From contig CAWGVS010000005.1 in the NCBI GenBank assembly GCA_963826115.1, positions 1,632,001-1,696,000 on the forward strand: DNA of 64,000 nt, written 5' to 3'. The notes beneath the pieces were generated by a model. The model searched no databases and was not told the origin of the DNA. It saw only the letters and a program-made list of their open reading frames with translations. How positions within the stretch are numbered: the first letter of the stretch is position 1; every line of letters starts with the position of its first letter. Of the stretch, positions 18,139-29,500 are shown piece by piece. The position numbers and the translations under genes are program-made. The stretch is from an uncultured Candidatus Rokubacteria bacterium (lineage in GTDB: Bacteria; Methylomirabilota; Methylomirabilia; Rokubacteriales; DASRDR01).

Positions 18139-18606
18139 TCAGGCCTTCCCGCGGGCGACGGCCAGGACCGCCTCCACGATCTTGACGTAGCCGGTGCAGC
18201 GGCACAGGTTCCCGGCCAGCGCCCGACGCACGTCGGCTTCGGTGGGCGCGGAGTTCTCGGCAAGGAGCGCGTGGGCAGCCAGGAGCACTCCGGGGGTGCA
18301 GAATCCGCACTGGACCGCGCCCGAGCGCGCGAAGGCGTCCTGGAGCGCATCGGGCGCGCCGGTGCGCGGGTCGCCGAGCCCCTCCACGGTCGTGAGCTGG
18401 CGCCCATCGAGCCGCGCGGCCAGGGTGAGGCAGGCCCGCACCGGCATGCCGTCGAGGAGCACGGTGCAGGTGCCGCACACGCCCTCCCCGCAGCCGAACT
18501 TCGTCCCGTAGAGGGCGAGGCCGTCCCGCAGGAGGTCGATCACGGTCCAGTGATCCGGCGCCTCGGCGCGGCACGGCCGACCGTTCAAGGTGAACGCGAG
18601 CGTCAT
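18139..18606 (-). CDS. Molybdenum hydroxylase 2Fe-2S subunit (CoxS-like)
   Basis: GTKFGCGEGVCGTCTV, QCGFCTPG, GNLCRCTGY. Confidence 0.92.
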   Translation of the reverse strand: MTLAFTLNGRPCRAEAPDHWTVIDLLRDGLALYGTKFGCGEGVCGTCTVLLDGMPVRACLTLAARLDGRQLTTVEGLGDPRTGAPDALQDAFARSGAVQCGFCTPGVLLAAHALLAENSAPTEADVRRALAGNLCRCTGYVKIVEAVLAVARGKA

Positions 18607-19061
18607 GCCGCGCCCTCGATGGCCGCCCGGACCCGCGTCGCGAACTCGCCGGCGAGCTCGGCCGCCTTGACCTTCATGACCGCGTCGCCGACCGAGCCGA
18701 GGCGTCCGAGCACCTTCACCTCGCTCCGGTAGTGCACCACCGTGGTGCCGGCCGTCGGCCCCGGGCTCAGATCGAGCGTGGACCGCACGTCGACCTGGCT
18801 GCCGAGACGCCGGTCCTCGCCGCGCCCCACCGCGACCAGGCGGCGCGGGCGATCCTGCTCCACCACGCTCATGCGCATGTCCTGGGTCGTCGAGAGAAAC
18901 CCCACCTTGACCGACAGGGTCACGCGATAGGTGCTCGGGTCCACGATCTCCAGCGCCTGGCACCCGGGGAGGCAGGGCGCGAGCCGCGCCGGGTCGACGA
19001 GGAAGGCCCACACGGTCTCCGCTGGAGCTCCCACCTGGAAGCGCTCCTCGAACACGGGCAT
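18603..19061 (-). CDS. CoxG/SRPBCC family protein
   Basis: VWAFLVDPARLAPCLPGC, VKVLGRLGSVG. Confidence 0.82.
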   Translation of the reverse strand: MPVFEERFQVGAPAETVWAFLVDPARLAPCLPGCQALEIVDPSTYRVTLSVKVGFLSTTQDMRMSVVEQDRPRRLVAVGRGEDRRLGSQVDVRSTLDLSPGPTAGTTVVHYRSEVKVLGRLGSVGDAVMKVKAAELAGEFATRVRAAIEGAA

Positions 19062-19067
19062 CGCCGG

Positions 19068-21368
19068 CTACTCGGGCCGGCGCAGGGCGGTCAGCACGCG
19101 CTCCGCGGTCAGCGGGCACGCGGTGATGCGGCGGCCGACGGCGGCCGAGACCGCATTGAGAACGGCGCCCGGCGTTGGCGTCATGGCCGGCTCGCCGATG
19201 CCCTTCGCGCCGAACGGGCCGAGACCCTGCCCCGACTCCAGCAGGATGGCCTCGACCGGCGGAGCGTCGAGCGTCGAGGGGATCTTGTAGTCGAAGAGGT
19301 GCGGGTTCTTGCTCAGCCCCTGCTCGAGCACGACCTCCTCCATGAGCGCGTGCCCGAGCCCCTGGATGACGCCGCCCTCCACCTGCCCTTCCGCGCTGTG
19401 GGGGTTGATCATCTGGCCGACGTCATAGCAGGCCGCGATCCGGGTCGCGTGGACGCGTCCGGTCTCCTCGTCCACCTCGACCTCGACCGCCTGGGTGCCG
19501 AAGGTGAAGTCGTTGAAGGCCTTCCCCTGTCCGGTCTCGGGGTCGATCGTGTCCGCCGCCGGCGCGTCGAACTTCTCCAGCACCTGCACGGGACGGCCCA
19601 TCGCCGAGGCCGTCTGCACCACCGAGGCCAGCGGCACCCCGCGCGTGGTGCCGCGGACCACGGCCTGTCCGGCGGCGAGGTCGATGTCCGTCGCGGCGGC
19701 CTCGAGCATCTCGGCCGCCTGGGCCACCAGATGCTCGCGCACCGCCCGGGCCGCCTTCAGCACGGCGTTCCCGGACATCAGGAGCTGGCGGGTGGCCGTG
19801 GTGGTGCCGGCGCGCGGGGTGAAGTGGCTGTCCCGGCCGATCGCGATCACCCGCTCGGGTGCCAGCCCCAACACCTCGGCGGCGATGGAGCAGAGCGACG
19901 CCGTCTGGCCGCCGCCGACATCGGGGGCGGCGCACCGCACCACCGCCGTCCCGTCCAGCTCCATCCCCACCCAGGCGCTCGCCGAGTCGCGCGTCCAGCA
20001 CATCCGTCCGTACGGAGTGATCGAGGCCGCGAGGCCCCGCCCCACCCGCCGCGGCCCCGTGCCCGATCGAGGCGGCCCGAGGGCAGCCCACGCCCGGCGC
20101 ATGGTCTCGGCCAGCATCGGCTCGGACTCCAGCACCTGGCCGGTACCGATCGCGTCGCCCTTCCGGAGGAAGTTGCGCTCCCTGAGCTCGAGCGGGTCCA
20201 TGCCGAGAACAGCGGCCAGCGCATCCATCTGCCCCTCGTAGGCGAGGCAGGTCTGGATCGAGCCGAAAGTGCGGTAGGCGCTGGCGATCGGATTGTTCGT
20301 GTAGACGGTCCGGGCGTCCACCGCCACGTTGGGGACCCGGTAGGGTCCGGTCGCGGTCACGAGACTGTAGAGCAGGACCCACGGCGAGAGCGCGGCGTAC
20401 GCACCCGAGTCGGAGGTGAGCTCGGCGGCGATCGCCGTCAGCTCTCCGCTCCGGGTGGCGCCGGTGCGGTAGCGGATCACGTACGGATGGCGCTTCCCGT
20501 GGCCGATGAACGACTCCTCGCGCGAGAACACGAGCTGGACCGGGCGCCGGGTCTTCCACACGAGGAGGCCGAGCAGGCACTCGACGGTGACATCTTCCTT
20601 CCCGCCAAAGCCGCCGCCCAGGTAGGCGCCCTCGATCCGGACGCGGGCGTGCGGCAGGTCCAGCACGTCGGCGACGTCGCGGAAGTGCTCCAGCACCTGG
20701 GTGCTGACCCGCAGCACGACGACACCCTCGGCGTCGATCCAGCCGACGCCGGTCTCGGTCTCCATGTACGCGTGGTCGATGAACGGCGTGTGGTACGTGT
20801 GCTCGACCGTGACCTCCGCCCGGCGGAAGCCCTCGTCGACGTCGCCGCGGCGGAGGCGCCACCGGTGGAGAAGGTTACCGCCCGCATGGACTTCCGGCGC
20901 GCCCGGGGCGAGCGCGTCCAGCGGGTCGTAGACACCCGGCAGCTCCTCGTACTCCACGCGGACGCGCTCGGCCGCGAAGGCGGCCGCCTCCGGCGTCTCC
21001 GCTGCGATGGCCACCACCGGCTCGCCCTGGAAACGCACCCGGTCCTCGGCGAGCACCGGCTGGAACGCGGGCCGCGCTTCCGCCGTCGCCTCGGCCATCC
21101 GGCCGGGCAGCGCCATCCGCATCGCGTTCCGGGGCACGTCGGCGTGGGTGAGCACGGCCACCACCCCGGGCACGGCCAGGGCCTCGGCGGTGTCGATGGC
21201 GACGAGGCGTGCCGAGGCGTACGGGCTCCGGACGATCCGCCCGTGCAGCATCCCCGGCACCACGAAGTCGCCCGCAAAGATCGGGCGGCCGTACACCTTC
21301 TCCCACGCATCCGGCCGCGGCAGCGCGAGGCCGATCACCGCGTACCGGTCGCGCCCGGGTCCGCTCAC
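19068..21368 (-). CDS. Xanthine dehydrogenase family molybdopterin-binding subunit
   Basis: RSPYASA, HAYMETE, LGGGFGGK, AYRTFG, GAKGIGEP; lacks the AYxCSFR CO-dehydrogenase motif. Confidence 0.9.
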   Translation of the reverse strand: MSGPGRDRYAVIGLALPRPDAWEKVYGRPIFAGDFVVPGMLHGRIVRSPYASARLVAIDTAEALAVPGVVAVLTHADVPRNAMRMALPGRMAEATAEARPAFQPVLAEDRVRFQGEPVVAIAAETPEAAAFAAERVRVEYEELPGVYDPLDALAPGAPEVHAGGNLLHRWRLRRGDVDEGFRRAEVTVEHTYHTPFIDHAYMETETGVGWIDAEGVVVLRVSTQVLEHFRDVADVLDLPHARVRIEGAYLGGGFGGKEDVTVECLLGLLVWKTRRPVQLVFSREESFIGHGKRHPYVIRYRTGATRSGELTAIAAELTSDSGAYAALSPWVLLYSLVTATGPYRVPNVAVDARTVYTNNPIASAYRTFGSIQTCLAYEGQMDALAAVLGMDPLELRERNFLRKGDAIGTGQVLESEPMLAETMRRAWAALGPPRSGTGPRRVGRGLAASITPYGRMCWTRDSASAWVGMELDGTAVVRCAAPDVGGGQTASLCSIAAEVLGLAPERVIAIGRDSHFTPRAGTTTATRQLLMSGNAVLKAARAVREHLVAQAAEMLEAAATDIDLAAGQAVVRGTTRGVPLASVVQTASAMGRPVQVLEKFDAPAADTIDPETGQGKAFNDFTFGTQAVEVEVDEETGRVHATRIAACYDVGQMINPHSAEGQVEGGVIQGLGHALMEEVVLEQGLSKNPHLFDYKIPSTLDAPPVEAILLESGQGLGPFGAKGIGEPAMTPTPGAVLNAVSAAVGRRITACPLTAERVLTALRRPE

Positions 21369-21664
21369 GCGTCCTTTCTTACGGCATCCCGTCGGGGCGC
21401 ACAAGGGCGTCCGCGCGACGCTCCCAGACCCGAGCTTCTCGACGGCGAACGCCGGCACCCGCACGTTCTCGATCTCGGCCAGCGCCGGCTTCCATGCACG
21501 CTCGGTACCCGTCCGCGTCAGCGACCTGGTCAAGATCCGAAGCAGGATGGAGCCCGGGATCTTCACGACCAGAGAACCTTCCATTCGCTCCCGAACCGCG
21601 CGGTCGATCGCGGTACGCAGGCGCCCCGATGACCTCCTGGAGGGGACGCTCGCCGGTATTCGCC

Positions 21665-21713
21665 GTGAATCGTCCGTCACGGAGAGGTGATCGGCCCGTC
21701 GTCACCCGGTAAG
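21665..21713 (+). promoter_or_regulatory. Five Pho-box-like units upstream of ANTAR-PHP
   Basis: GTGAA, GTCAC, GTGAT, GTCGT and GTAAG at 21665, 21676, 21687, 21698 and 21709, then TACGCT at 21725. Confidence 0.6.
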
Positions 21714-21775
21714 ACCGCGGGGGCTACGCTGCTCCCGGTGCGGCGGACCATCGTCCGCGCTCCGAGGAGGGTCAC

Positions 21776-22069
21776 ATGACGCGACCGCAGACCGCTCGCC
21801 TCGCCGCTCCCCTGACCCGCGCACTCAGCCGGCCGGGCGCCGCGATGGGCGGCGACCACCGGGCCATGCCGGCCCTCGACCGGGCTCGGCTGGTGCGCCA
21901 GATGGTCGACCGGGCGAAGGACCTCCTGATGGCCCAGGACGGGTTCTCGGAGCCCGAGGCTTTCCGCCGGCTCCAAAAGACGAGCATGGACACCCGGACC
22001 CCGATGGTGAAAGTCGCCGAGGCCGTGCTCCTGGCCGACGAGGTACGTCGCCCGGAGCGGCGCCCGTAG
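21776..22069 (+). CDS. Stand-alone ANTAR RNA-binding protein
   Basis: RQMVDRAKDLLM...SEPEAFRRLQKTSMDTRTPMVKVAEAVL; no sensor domain; GAGGAGGG RBS. Confidence 0.82.
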   Translation: MTRPQTARLAAPLTRALSRPGAAMGGDHRAMPALDRARLVRQMVDRAKDLLMAQDGFSEPEAFRRLQKTSMDTRTPMVKVAEAVLLADEVRRPERRP

Positions 22070-22142
22070 GCGTCCCATGACGGTCCGGTCGCGCATGGGT
22101 CGCGCGCCCCGCGTCGCCTCGCCTCGAGGAGGAGAGGGACCG

Positions 22143-23039
22143 ATGAGAGTGGCATCGCACGCGCAGCTCGCGCTGTTTCCGACCCCGGCGCCCCGCCGCG
22201 CAGCCTTCGGGCGCCCATCGATGGACGCGCTCGTGGGCCGGGCCGACCTCCACGTTCATTCGCACTGGAGCGACGGGGCGCAGTCGCCGCAGACGCTCGT
22301 CCGGCGGGCGGCAGGCCGGGTCGACGTGCTCGCCATCACCGACCACGACGAGATCCGTGGAGCCCTGCTCGCGCGTCAGTTCGCGCGATCGCGGCCCGAG
22401 CTCGGTGTCGAGGTCGTCGTCGGCGAGGAGATCAGCACCCGGAACGGGCACCTCCTGGGCCTCTTCCTCGAGGAGCGAGTCCCTCCGGGTCTGCCCGCCC
22501 TCGCCACGATCGAGCTGATCCACGCGCAGGGCGGCCTGGCCGTCGTGGCGCACCCGTGCCACCCGATGAATGTCCGGGACCGCGGCGCGCCGTGTCTCAC
22601 CGACCTCATCGGCGACCTCCCGCTCGACGGCATCGAGGCCGTCAACAACGCCGGCTTCTTCTCGTGGCTGTACGACGCGATCGCCGCGCTTCGCAACCTC
22701 GAGTGGGCCCTTCCGGTGACGGGCGGCAGTGACGCGCACGATGTCTGGTACGTCGGCAGCGGCCTGACCCGGTTCGAGGGGCAACGGCCCGAGGACCTCC
22801 GAAGGGCGCTCCTGGCCGCCCGGACACGGGCCCAGGTCCGGTGGCGCTGGACGGTCGACAAGGCCCCCCGGCACCTCGCGATCCAGATGCGGAGCCTGGT
22901 CCGGTTCACCGCCATCCTGGCGCGTCGCGAGGCTCAGCCGCGCCTCTGGCGGGCCCTGGGCTCGGTCGCCACCGCGCTAGCCGGTCGTAGCGGGACCCTC
23001 AGAGCCGCGAGTGCGCCAATGCGGTCGGATACCTCGTAA
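22143..23039 (+). CDS. PHP-domain metal phosphoesterase
   Basis: ADLHVHSHWSDG, AITDHD, GEEIS, GHLL, VAHP, GGSDAH. Confidence 0.88.
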   Translation: MRVASHAQLALFPTPAPRRAAFGRPSMDALVGRADLHVHSHWSDGAQSPQTLVRRAAGRVDVLAITDHDEIRGALLARQFARSRPELGVEVVVGEEISTRNGHLLGLFLEERVPPGLPALATIELIHAQGGLAVVAHPCHPMNVRDRGAPCLTDLIGDLPLDGIEAVNNAGFFSWLYDAIAALRNLEWALPVTGGSDAHDVWYVGSGLTRFEGQRPEDLRRALLAARTRAQVRWRWTVDKAPRHLAIQMRSLVRFTAILARREAQPRLWRALGSVATALAGRSGTLRAASAPMRSDTS

Positions 23040-23051
23040 CCGCAACTTAAC
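23036..23051 (+). promoter_or_regulatory. Pho-box-like repeat upstream of GT4
   Basis: GTAACcgcaac TTAAC. Confidence 0.45.
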
Positions 23052-23107
23052 GGGTCGATTCCCGCGCGCCGCACGGACAATCGCCCCATCGCGGAGGTCG
23101 TGCCTCT

Positions 23108-24323
23108 ATGCGGATCGCCGTATTCGCGCATGGGTTCGACGGCGGTGGGAACGGAATCGCCCCTTCGCTCCTGGCCGGGGCCCGGGCCCTCGCCCGTCGC
23201 GGTCACGCCCTCCTCGTCGCCGTCCCGCGAAACGAGGGGCCCGACGATCCAAAGACCGCGCCGGCAATCCTCGGCGGCGGACTGGACGTCGTCCGTCTCC
23301 CGTCGCTCCCACTCGGGACGGGGGCCGTCGAGCGCGTCGTGATCCCGACCGGGAGGGCGGCGGCTCACTGCCGCGCCTGGGCGCCGGACCTGGTCCACGC
23401 GCATGGGCCCTTCGGGGCCGGCCTGGAGGCCCTGACCGCCGCCCGGCTCGCCGGTGTCCCGCTGGTCGGCACGAGTCACGGCGCGATCGGGGAGCTCCCG
23501 TGGCGCGGGCCGACCGCCCTGGCGCCCGCGATCCATCGATACGCGCGGTGGTACTACGAGCGGTGCGATCTCCTCACGTCGCCGTCCGAGGCCATCGTCT
23601 CGGCGATGCACCAGGCGGGGCTCCGCGTGCCCGCGCGGGTCGTGGCCCATCCCCTGCCGCTCGATCTCAGGCCACGGGCTGAGGCGACACTCCGACCGGA
23701 AGCGCCGGCTCGGCCTGAACGGGTTCACGCTTCTACACGTTGGACGCCTCGACGCGGAGCGGCACGTCGACGAGATCCTCCACGCCATCCCCTCGCTCAT
23801 CATGCGCGTCCCTCGTCTGTCACTGACGGTCGTCGGGCGGGGACCGGAGGAGGCGGAGCTGCGACGTCTCGCCGAGCGGCTCCAGGTGACGTCGCACGTG
23901 CGCCTCGCCGGACATCTCACCGGTGAGCGTCTCGTCGACGCCTACGCCGCGAGCGACGTCTTCGTCACGATGAGCCGCGGCGGGACGCCTGACCTCCGGA
24001 CGCTCGAAGCGATGGCCTCGGGCCTGCCCGTGATCGGCGCGCGTGCCCGCGGGCTGCTGGAGCGCGTCGACACGACGTGCGGCGTGGTCGTCGAGCCCGG
24101 AGACACCACCGGCCTCATCGCGGCGATCCTCGCGCTTCACCGGGACGCCGGGCGCGCGAACGCCCTGGGCGCGGCCGGGCGCGCCCGCGCCACCCGCTTC
24201 GAGCCCGACTCGCTCGCAGTGGAATGGGAGGACGTCTACGAGGAGGTCCTCTCCCGTCACCGCCGGCATGCGCGAGCGACGGCCTCCCGGGTTGCGCCGC
24301 AACCCACCCTCCCGGGATCCTAG
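23108..24323 (+). CDS. GT4 glycosyltransferase (MGlcDAG-synthase-like), frameshift near 23680
   Basis: N-half: PDLVHAHGPF, PLVGTSH. C-half: HVGRLDAERH, YAASDVFV, LEAMASGLPVIG. Confidence 0.75.
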
Positions 24324-24346
24324 TGACCCGGAATACCTGCGGGACC

Positions 24347-24362
24347 GTCACGAACTTTTCAT
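24347..24362 (+). promoter_or_regulatory. Pho-box-like repeat
   Basis: GTCACgaactt TTCAT. Confidence 0.5.
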
Positions 24363-24387
24363 CGAGCTTCGCACCGCGAGACCGGTC

Positions 24388-24582
24388 ATGATGCAGGCAA
24401 TGGACGGCGCCTCGCCGGCCGCCGGATCCGGACGGGAGCCCGGGCCGAGCCTGGGACGCGCCGACCTTCACACCCTCAGGTTCACCCAGATCGCCGCGTG
24501 GCCCCTCCGGCGGCCCGCCCTGGCGCGCGTCGGGGGACCGTCTCGCCTGGCCGCACCGGCCGCGGCCGGAGACGGGCGATGA
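24388..24582 (+). pseudogene. Short ORF resembling a collapsed PHP paralog
   Basis: LGRADLHT (cf. VGRADLHV at the PHP N-terminus) fused to LRFTQIAA (cf. VRFTAILA at the PHP C-terminus); ATGA overlap with the next gene. Confidence 0.45.
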
Positions 24583-25184
24583 GCGCGGTCGTCGACGAGA
24601 TCCTGGCGCTCTTCGAGGCCCGCGGAGGCGCCGACTACTCGATCGAGTGCGTCTCCCAGTCCGAACACGCGCTCCAGACCGCGCGCGCGGCGGTGCTGAC
24701 GGGCGGCTCGGAGCCGTTGATCGCCGCGGCGCTCCTTCACGACGTCGGGCACCTCCTCGACGACCTGGACGAGGGCGCGCTCGCCGCTCGCGGCCTGGAC
24801 GGCCGGCACGAGGCCCGAGGAGCGGCCTTCCTGAAGCGCTTCTTCCGTCCGGAGGTGGCGCGGCCGGTCGCGCTCCACGTGACGGCGAAGCGCTACCTGT
24901 GCCTGGTCGAGCCCGGCTACGCCGAGGGGTTCTCGCCGGCCTCCGCGCGGAGCCTCGTGCTCCAGGGCGGGCCGCTCGACGCCGGCCACGCGCGCGCGTT
25001 CGAGCGGCGCCCAGGCTGGCGCGACGCGGTCGCCCTCCGCCGGTGGGACGACGCGGCCAAGGTCCCGGGGCTCGAAGTCCCCGGCTTCATCGAGTACCGC
25101 GCGCTGCTCGAGGACTGCCTGGCCGTCGGCGGCGCGGCGTCTCGGATCATCGGGGCGCGCGGAGGGCCCGCCCCGATTCCGTGA
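24579..25184 (+). CDS. phnZ: PhnZ-like HD-domain phosphonate oxygenase
   Basis: Y..ECVSQSEHALQ, LLHDVGH, RHE, LHVTAKRYL, SLVLQGGP, RRWDDAAK. Confidence 0.8.
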   Translation: MSAVVDEILALFEARGGADYSIECVSQSEHALQTARAAVLTGGSEPLIAAALLHDVGHLLDDLDEGALAARGLDGRHEARGAAFLKRFFRPEVARPVALHVTAKRYLCLVEPGYAEGFSPASARSLVLQGGPLDAGHARAFERRPGWRDAVALRRWDDAAKVPGLEVPGFIEYRALLEDCLAVGGAASRIIGARGGPAPIP

Positions 25185-25196
25185 CGCTCGACTGGG

Positions 25197-26621
<1,425 letters not shown>

Positions 26622-26625
<4 letters not shown>

Positions 26626-26852
26626 CCCCCCTGCACCGCGCCGACGATCTCGATCCGGTCGTCCGGAGCGAGGGCCGTCGTCTCCCATTCTGCCCGCGGC
26701 ACGATCTCGTCGTTCCGGGCGACCGCCAGGCCGCGGCCGGCCGGATCCAGGCCGAGCGCCTCGAGCAGCGCGCGCACGCTCGAGGATGCCACCGAACGGC
26801 GCTCGCCGTTCACCCAGAGCTCCACCACCGCCGGCCCCTCGGCCCGTTTCAC
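26622..26852 (-). CDS. thiS: Sulfur carrier protein
   Basis: [16 protein letters not shown]-terminal [10 protein letters not shown]. Confidence 0.9.
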
Positions 26853-28006
26853 GCCCGGGGCCCCGCTGACACGGTCGAGCTCTCGAGCCGCTCGACGCCG
26901 AACGGCGCGAGCGCGGCCGGGGGCGAGCCGCCCGCGATCCACTCCGCCAGGTGATGGGCCGTCGCGGGCGCGAGCAGCACGCCGTTCCTGAAGTGTCCGG
27001 TCGCGACGTAGAGCCCGCGCGTCGACGCCGGGCCGATCACCGGCAGGTGATCGCGCACGGCCGGCCGGAAGCCAACCGACAGCTCGCTGACCGCCAGGTC
27101 GTAGACGCCCGGGAGAATGCGCCACGCCTCCCGGAGCAGGTCCAGCACCGCGCCGGCCATCGGCCGCGCGTCGAGCCCCTGCTCCTCCATCGTGGCGCCG
27201 ACCAGGAGCTCCCCGCCGCGGCGCGGCACGAGGTACACGTCCGGCGAGCGCACGACGTGGTGGATCAGCTCGGGGCCGGCGAGGCGCACCAGCTGCCCCT
27301 TCACGGGGCGGAGCCCAAGCGTCGGCACGGGCGCGTCCACGTCCTCGCTCCAGACGCCGCTCGCCAGGACGGCCGCCTCGCACGCCACGCGGAACGGGCG
27401 GTCCCCGGCCATCCCGGACACCGCGGCGACGGCGCCTGCCGCGTGCTCGACCCGCGTCACGCGGCACCCCGTCACGACCGTCCCGCCCAGGCGCGCGATC
27501 GCGGCGGCGAGGGCCCCGGCGAGCGCGCGAGGATCGACCTGGTGGTCCCCCTCGGCGAGGAGCCCCGCGACGATCCGACCCGAGAGATGGGGCTCTCGCT
27601 CCAGCACCTCGTCCGCCGACAGCCGGTACGCGTCGAATCCCTTGGCGCGCTGCATGGCGAAGAGGCGCTCGAGGTCGCCGTCCTGGTCGCGGTTCAGCGC
27701 GACCCACAGCGTCCCCTCGGTCCGGAGGCCGCACGACTGCCCCGTCAGGCCCTCGACGCCCGCGACGAACTCCGGGTAGCGCGCGAGGCTCTCGAGCTCC
27801 AGCGCGACGAGCGCCCGCTCGGTCAGGTCGGCCTCCGACGTCGGCGCGAGCATGCCCGCCGCCGCGTGCGTCGCGACGCCCTCGAGGTCGCCGCGGTCCA
27901 GCACGAGGACCTGGCGGCCCCGGCGGCCGAGCTCGTACGCCACCGCGAGGCCGACCACGCCCCCGCCGACGACGACGATCTCGCTCCGGTCGGTCAGCGG
28001 GCTCAT
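26849..28006 (-). CDS. thiO: Glycine oxidase
   Basis: [35 protein letters not shown]. Confidence 0.9.
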   Translation of the reverse strand: MSPLTDRSEIVVVGGGVVGLAVAYELGRRGRQVLVLDRGDLEGVATHAAAGMLAPTSEADLTERALVALELESLARYPEFVAGVEGLTGQSCGLRTEGTLWVALNRDQDGDLERLFAMQRAKGFDAYRLSADEVLEREPHLSGRIVAGLLAEGDHQVDPRALAGALAAAIARLGGTVVTGCRVTRVEHAAGAVAAVSGMAGDRPFRVACEAAVLASGVWSEDVDAPVPTLGLRPVKGQLVRLAGPELIHHVVRSPDVYLVPRRGGELLVGATMEEQGLDARPMAGAVLDLLREAWRILPGVYDLAVSELSVGFRPAVRDHLPVIGPASTRGLYVATGHFRNGVLLAPATAHHLAEWIAGGSPPAALAPFGVERLESSTVSAGPRA

Positions 28007-28653
28007 CCCACTCGGACCCCCAGCCACGCGTCGACCGCCTCACGGAACTTGCGCGCCGCCGCCGCGGGGTCCGGCTGGCACACCACGGCCGAGATCACCG
28101 CGACGCCGTAGGCGCCGGCGTCGAGGAGCACGCCCACCTGATCGGCCGTGACGCTCCCGATCGCGATCACGGGCTTGGTCAGCGCCGTCACGATCGCCCG
28201 GAACCCGTCGACACCGAGGGCCGCCGCGGGATTCGCCTTGGAACGGGTGCCGAAGACCGGGCCGACCCCGAGGTAGTCGACGTCGGCCGCGGCCACCCGA
28301 AGCGCCTCGTCGAGGCTGTTGGCCGTGCCGCCGATGAGCGCGTGCGGCCCCAGCAGGCGGCGGGCCGTTCCGACGTCGACGTCGTCGCGGCCGAGGTGAA
28401 CCGCCCGGACGCCGGCGGCCGCCGCCACGTCGACGCGGTCATTCACCACGAGCGCGACCGGCAATCCCTCGAGGGCGCGCCGCGCGGCCACCGCGGTCTC
28501 GATCAGCGCGCGCGTCGTCCACGGGCGCTTCTCACGGAGCTGGATCACGTCGGCGCCGCCCGCGGCTGCCAGCCGCGCCAGCTCGACGTGGGAGAACCGG
28601 TCCTGGAGGGTCGCGTCGGTGATCACGTGGATTCGGCCGAGGATCGGCTTCAC
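28003..28653 (-). CDS. thiE: Thiamine phosphate synthase
   Basis: IQLREK, VNDRVDVA, VHLGRDD, DYLGVGPVFGTRSK. Confidence 0.9.
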   Translation of the reverse strand: MKPILGRIHVITDATLQDRFSHVELARLAAAGGADVIQLREKRPWTTRALIETAVAARRALEGLPVALVVNDRVDVAAAAGVRAVHLGRDDVDVGTARRLLGPHALIGGTANSLDEALRVAAADVDYLGVGPVFGTRSKANPAAALGVDGFRAIVTALTKPVIAIGSVTADQVGVLLDAGAYGVAVISAVVCQPDPAAAARKFREAVDAWLGVRVG

Positions 28654-29495
28654 CGACCCGCCTCCGAGCCGCTGAGCCGACGGACCCAGCGCTCGCACTC
28701 GCCGGGATGCCGGAGGTAGAAGAAGTGGTCCGTGGGGCCAACCCCCTGGCCGACCGGGAGGCCCGCGCGGATCGCCTCGGTGACGTAGGCCTTCGCGCGG
28801 ACGATCGCGTCCTCGAGGGACCGTCCGTGGGCGAGCTGGGTGGCAATCGCCGCCGAGAAGGTGCAGCCGGTGCCGTGCGTGTGGCGCGCGTCGACGCGCT
28901 CCCCCGGAAACGCCCGCACCCCCTCGCCGGTGACCAGGACGTCCGTCGCCGTGCCCTCCTCGAGGTGGCCGCCCTTGACGAGCACCGCCCGCGAGCCCGC
29001 CGCGACCAGGAGGCGGCCGACCTCCTCCGCGTCGGCCAGCGTACGCACCTCCATCCCCGTGAGCGCGCGGGCCTCGTGCACGTTAGGCGTGACGAGCGTG
29101 GCCAGCGGCAGGAGCAGCTCCGTCAGGGCGGTGATGGCGTCCGGGCGGAGGAGCGGGAAGCCCGTCTTCGAGATCATCACCGGGTCGAGGACGTAGTGCG
29201 GCGGGCGGTGGTCCCGGAGGATCTTGGCGACCGTCTCGATCACCGGCGCCGACGCGAGCATGCCCGACTTGACCGCGGCGACCCGGAGGTCGCCGAACAC
29301 GGCATCCGCCTGGGCCCGGATCAGGTCGAGGTCGATCTCGGCCGCGGCGGTCACGCCCCGCGTGTTCTGGGCGGTGATCGCCGTGATGACGGAGGCGCCG
29401 TAGCCGCCGTTCGCGGAGATCGCCTTCAGGTCGGCCTGGATGCCCGCTCCGGCGGAGGAGTCCGAGCCTGCGATGGTGAGGACTGTCGGGATCAT
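28650..29495 (-). CDS. thiD: Hydroxymethylpyrimidine/phosphomethylpyrimidine kinase
   Basis: TIAGSDSSAGAGIQADLK, TAQNT, VTPN, KGGH, THGTGCT. Confidence 0.95.
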   Translation of the reverse strand: MIPTVLTIAGSDSSAGAGIQADLKAISANGGYGASVITAITAQNTRGVTAAAEIDLDLIRAQADAVFGDLRVAAVKSGMLASAPVIETVAKILRDHRPPHYVLDPVMISKTGFPLLRPDAITALTELLLPLATLVTPNVHEARALTGMEVRTLADAEEVGRLLVAAGSRAVLVKGGHLEEGTATDVLVTGEGVRAFPGERVDARHTHGTGCTFSAAIATQLAHGRSLEDAIVRAKAYVTEAIRAGLPVGQGVGPTDHFFYLRHPGECERWVRRLSGSEAGR

Positions 29496-29500
29496 GTGCG

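Noticed and set aside
17247-21368. Aerobic CO dehydrogenase
   Set aside because: The active-site loop is AYRTFG, not AYxCSFR or AYRGAGR, so this is a generic Mo hydroxylase of unknown substrate
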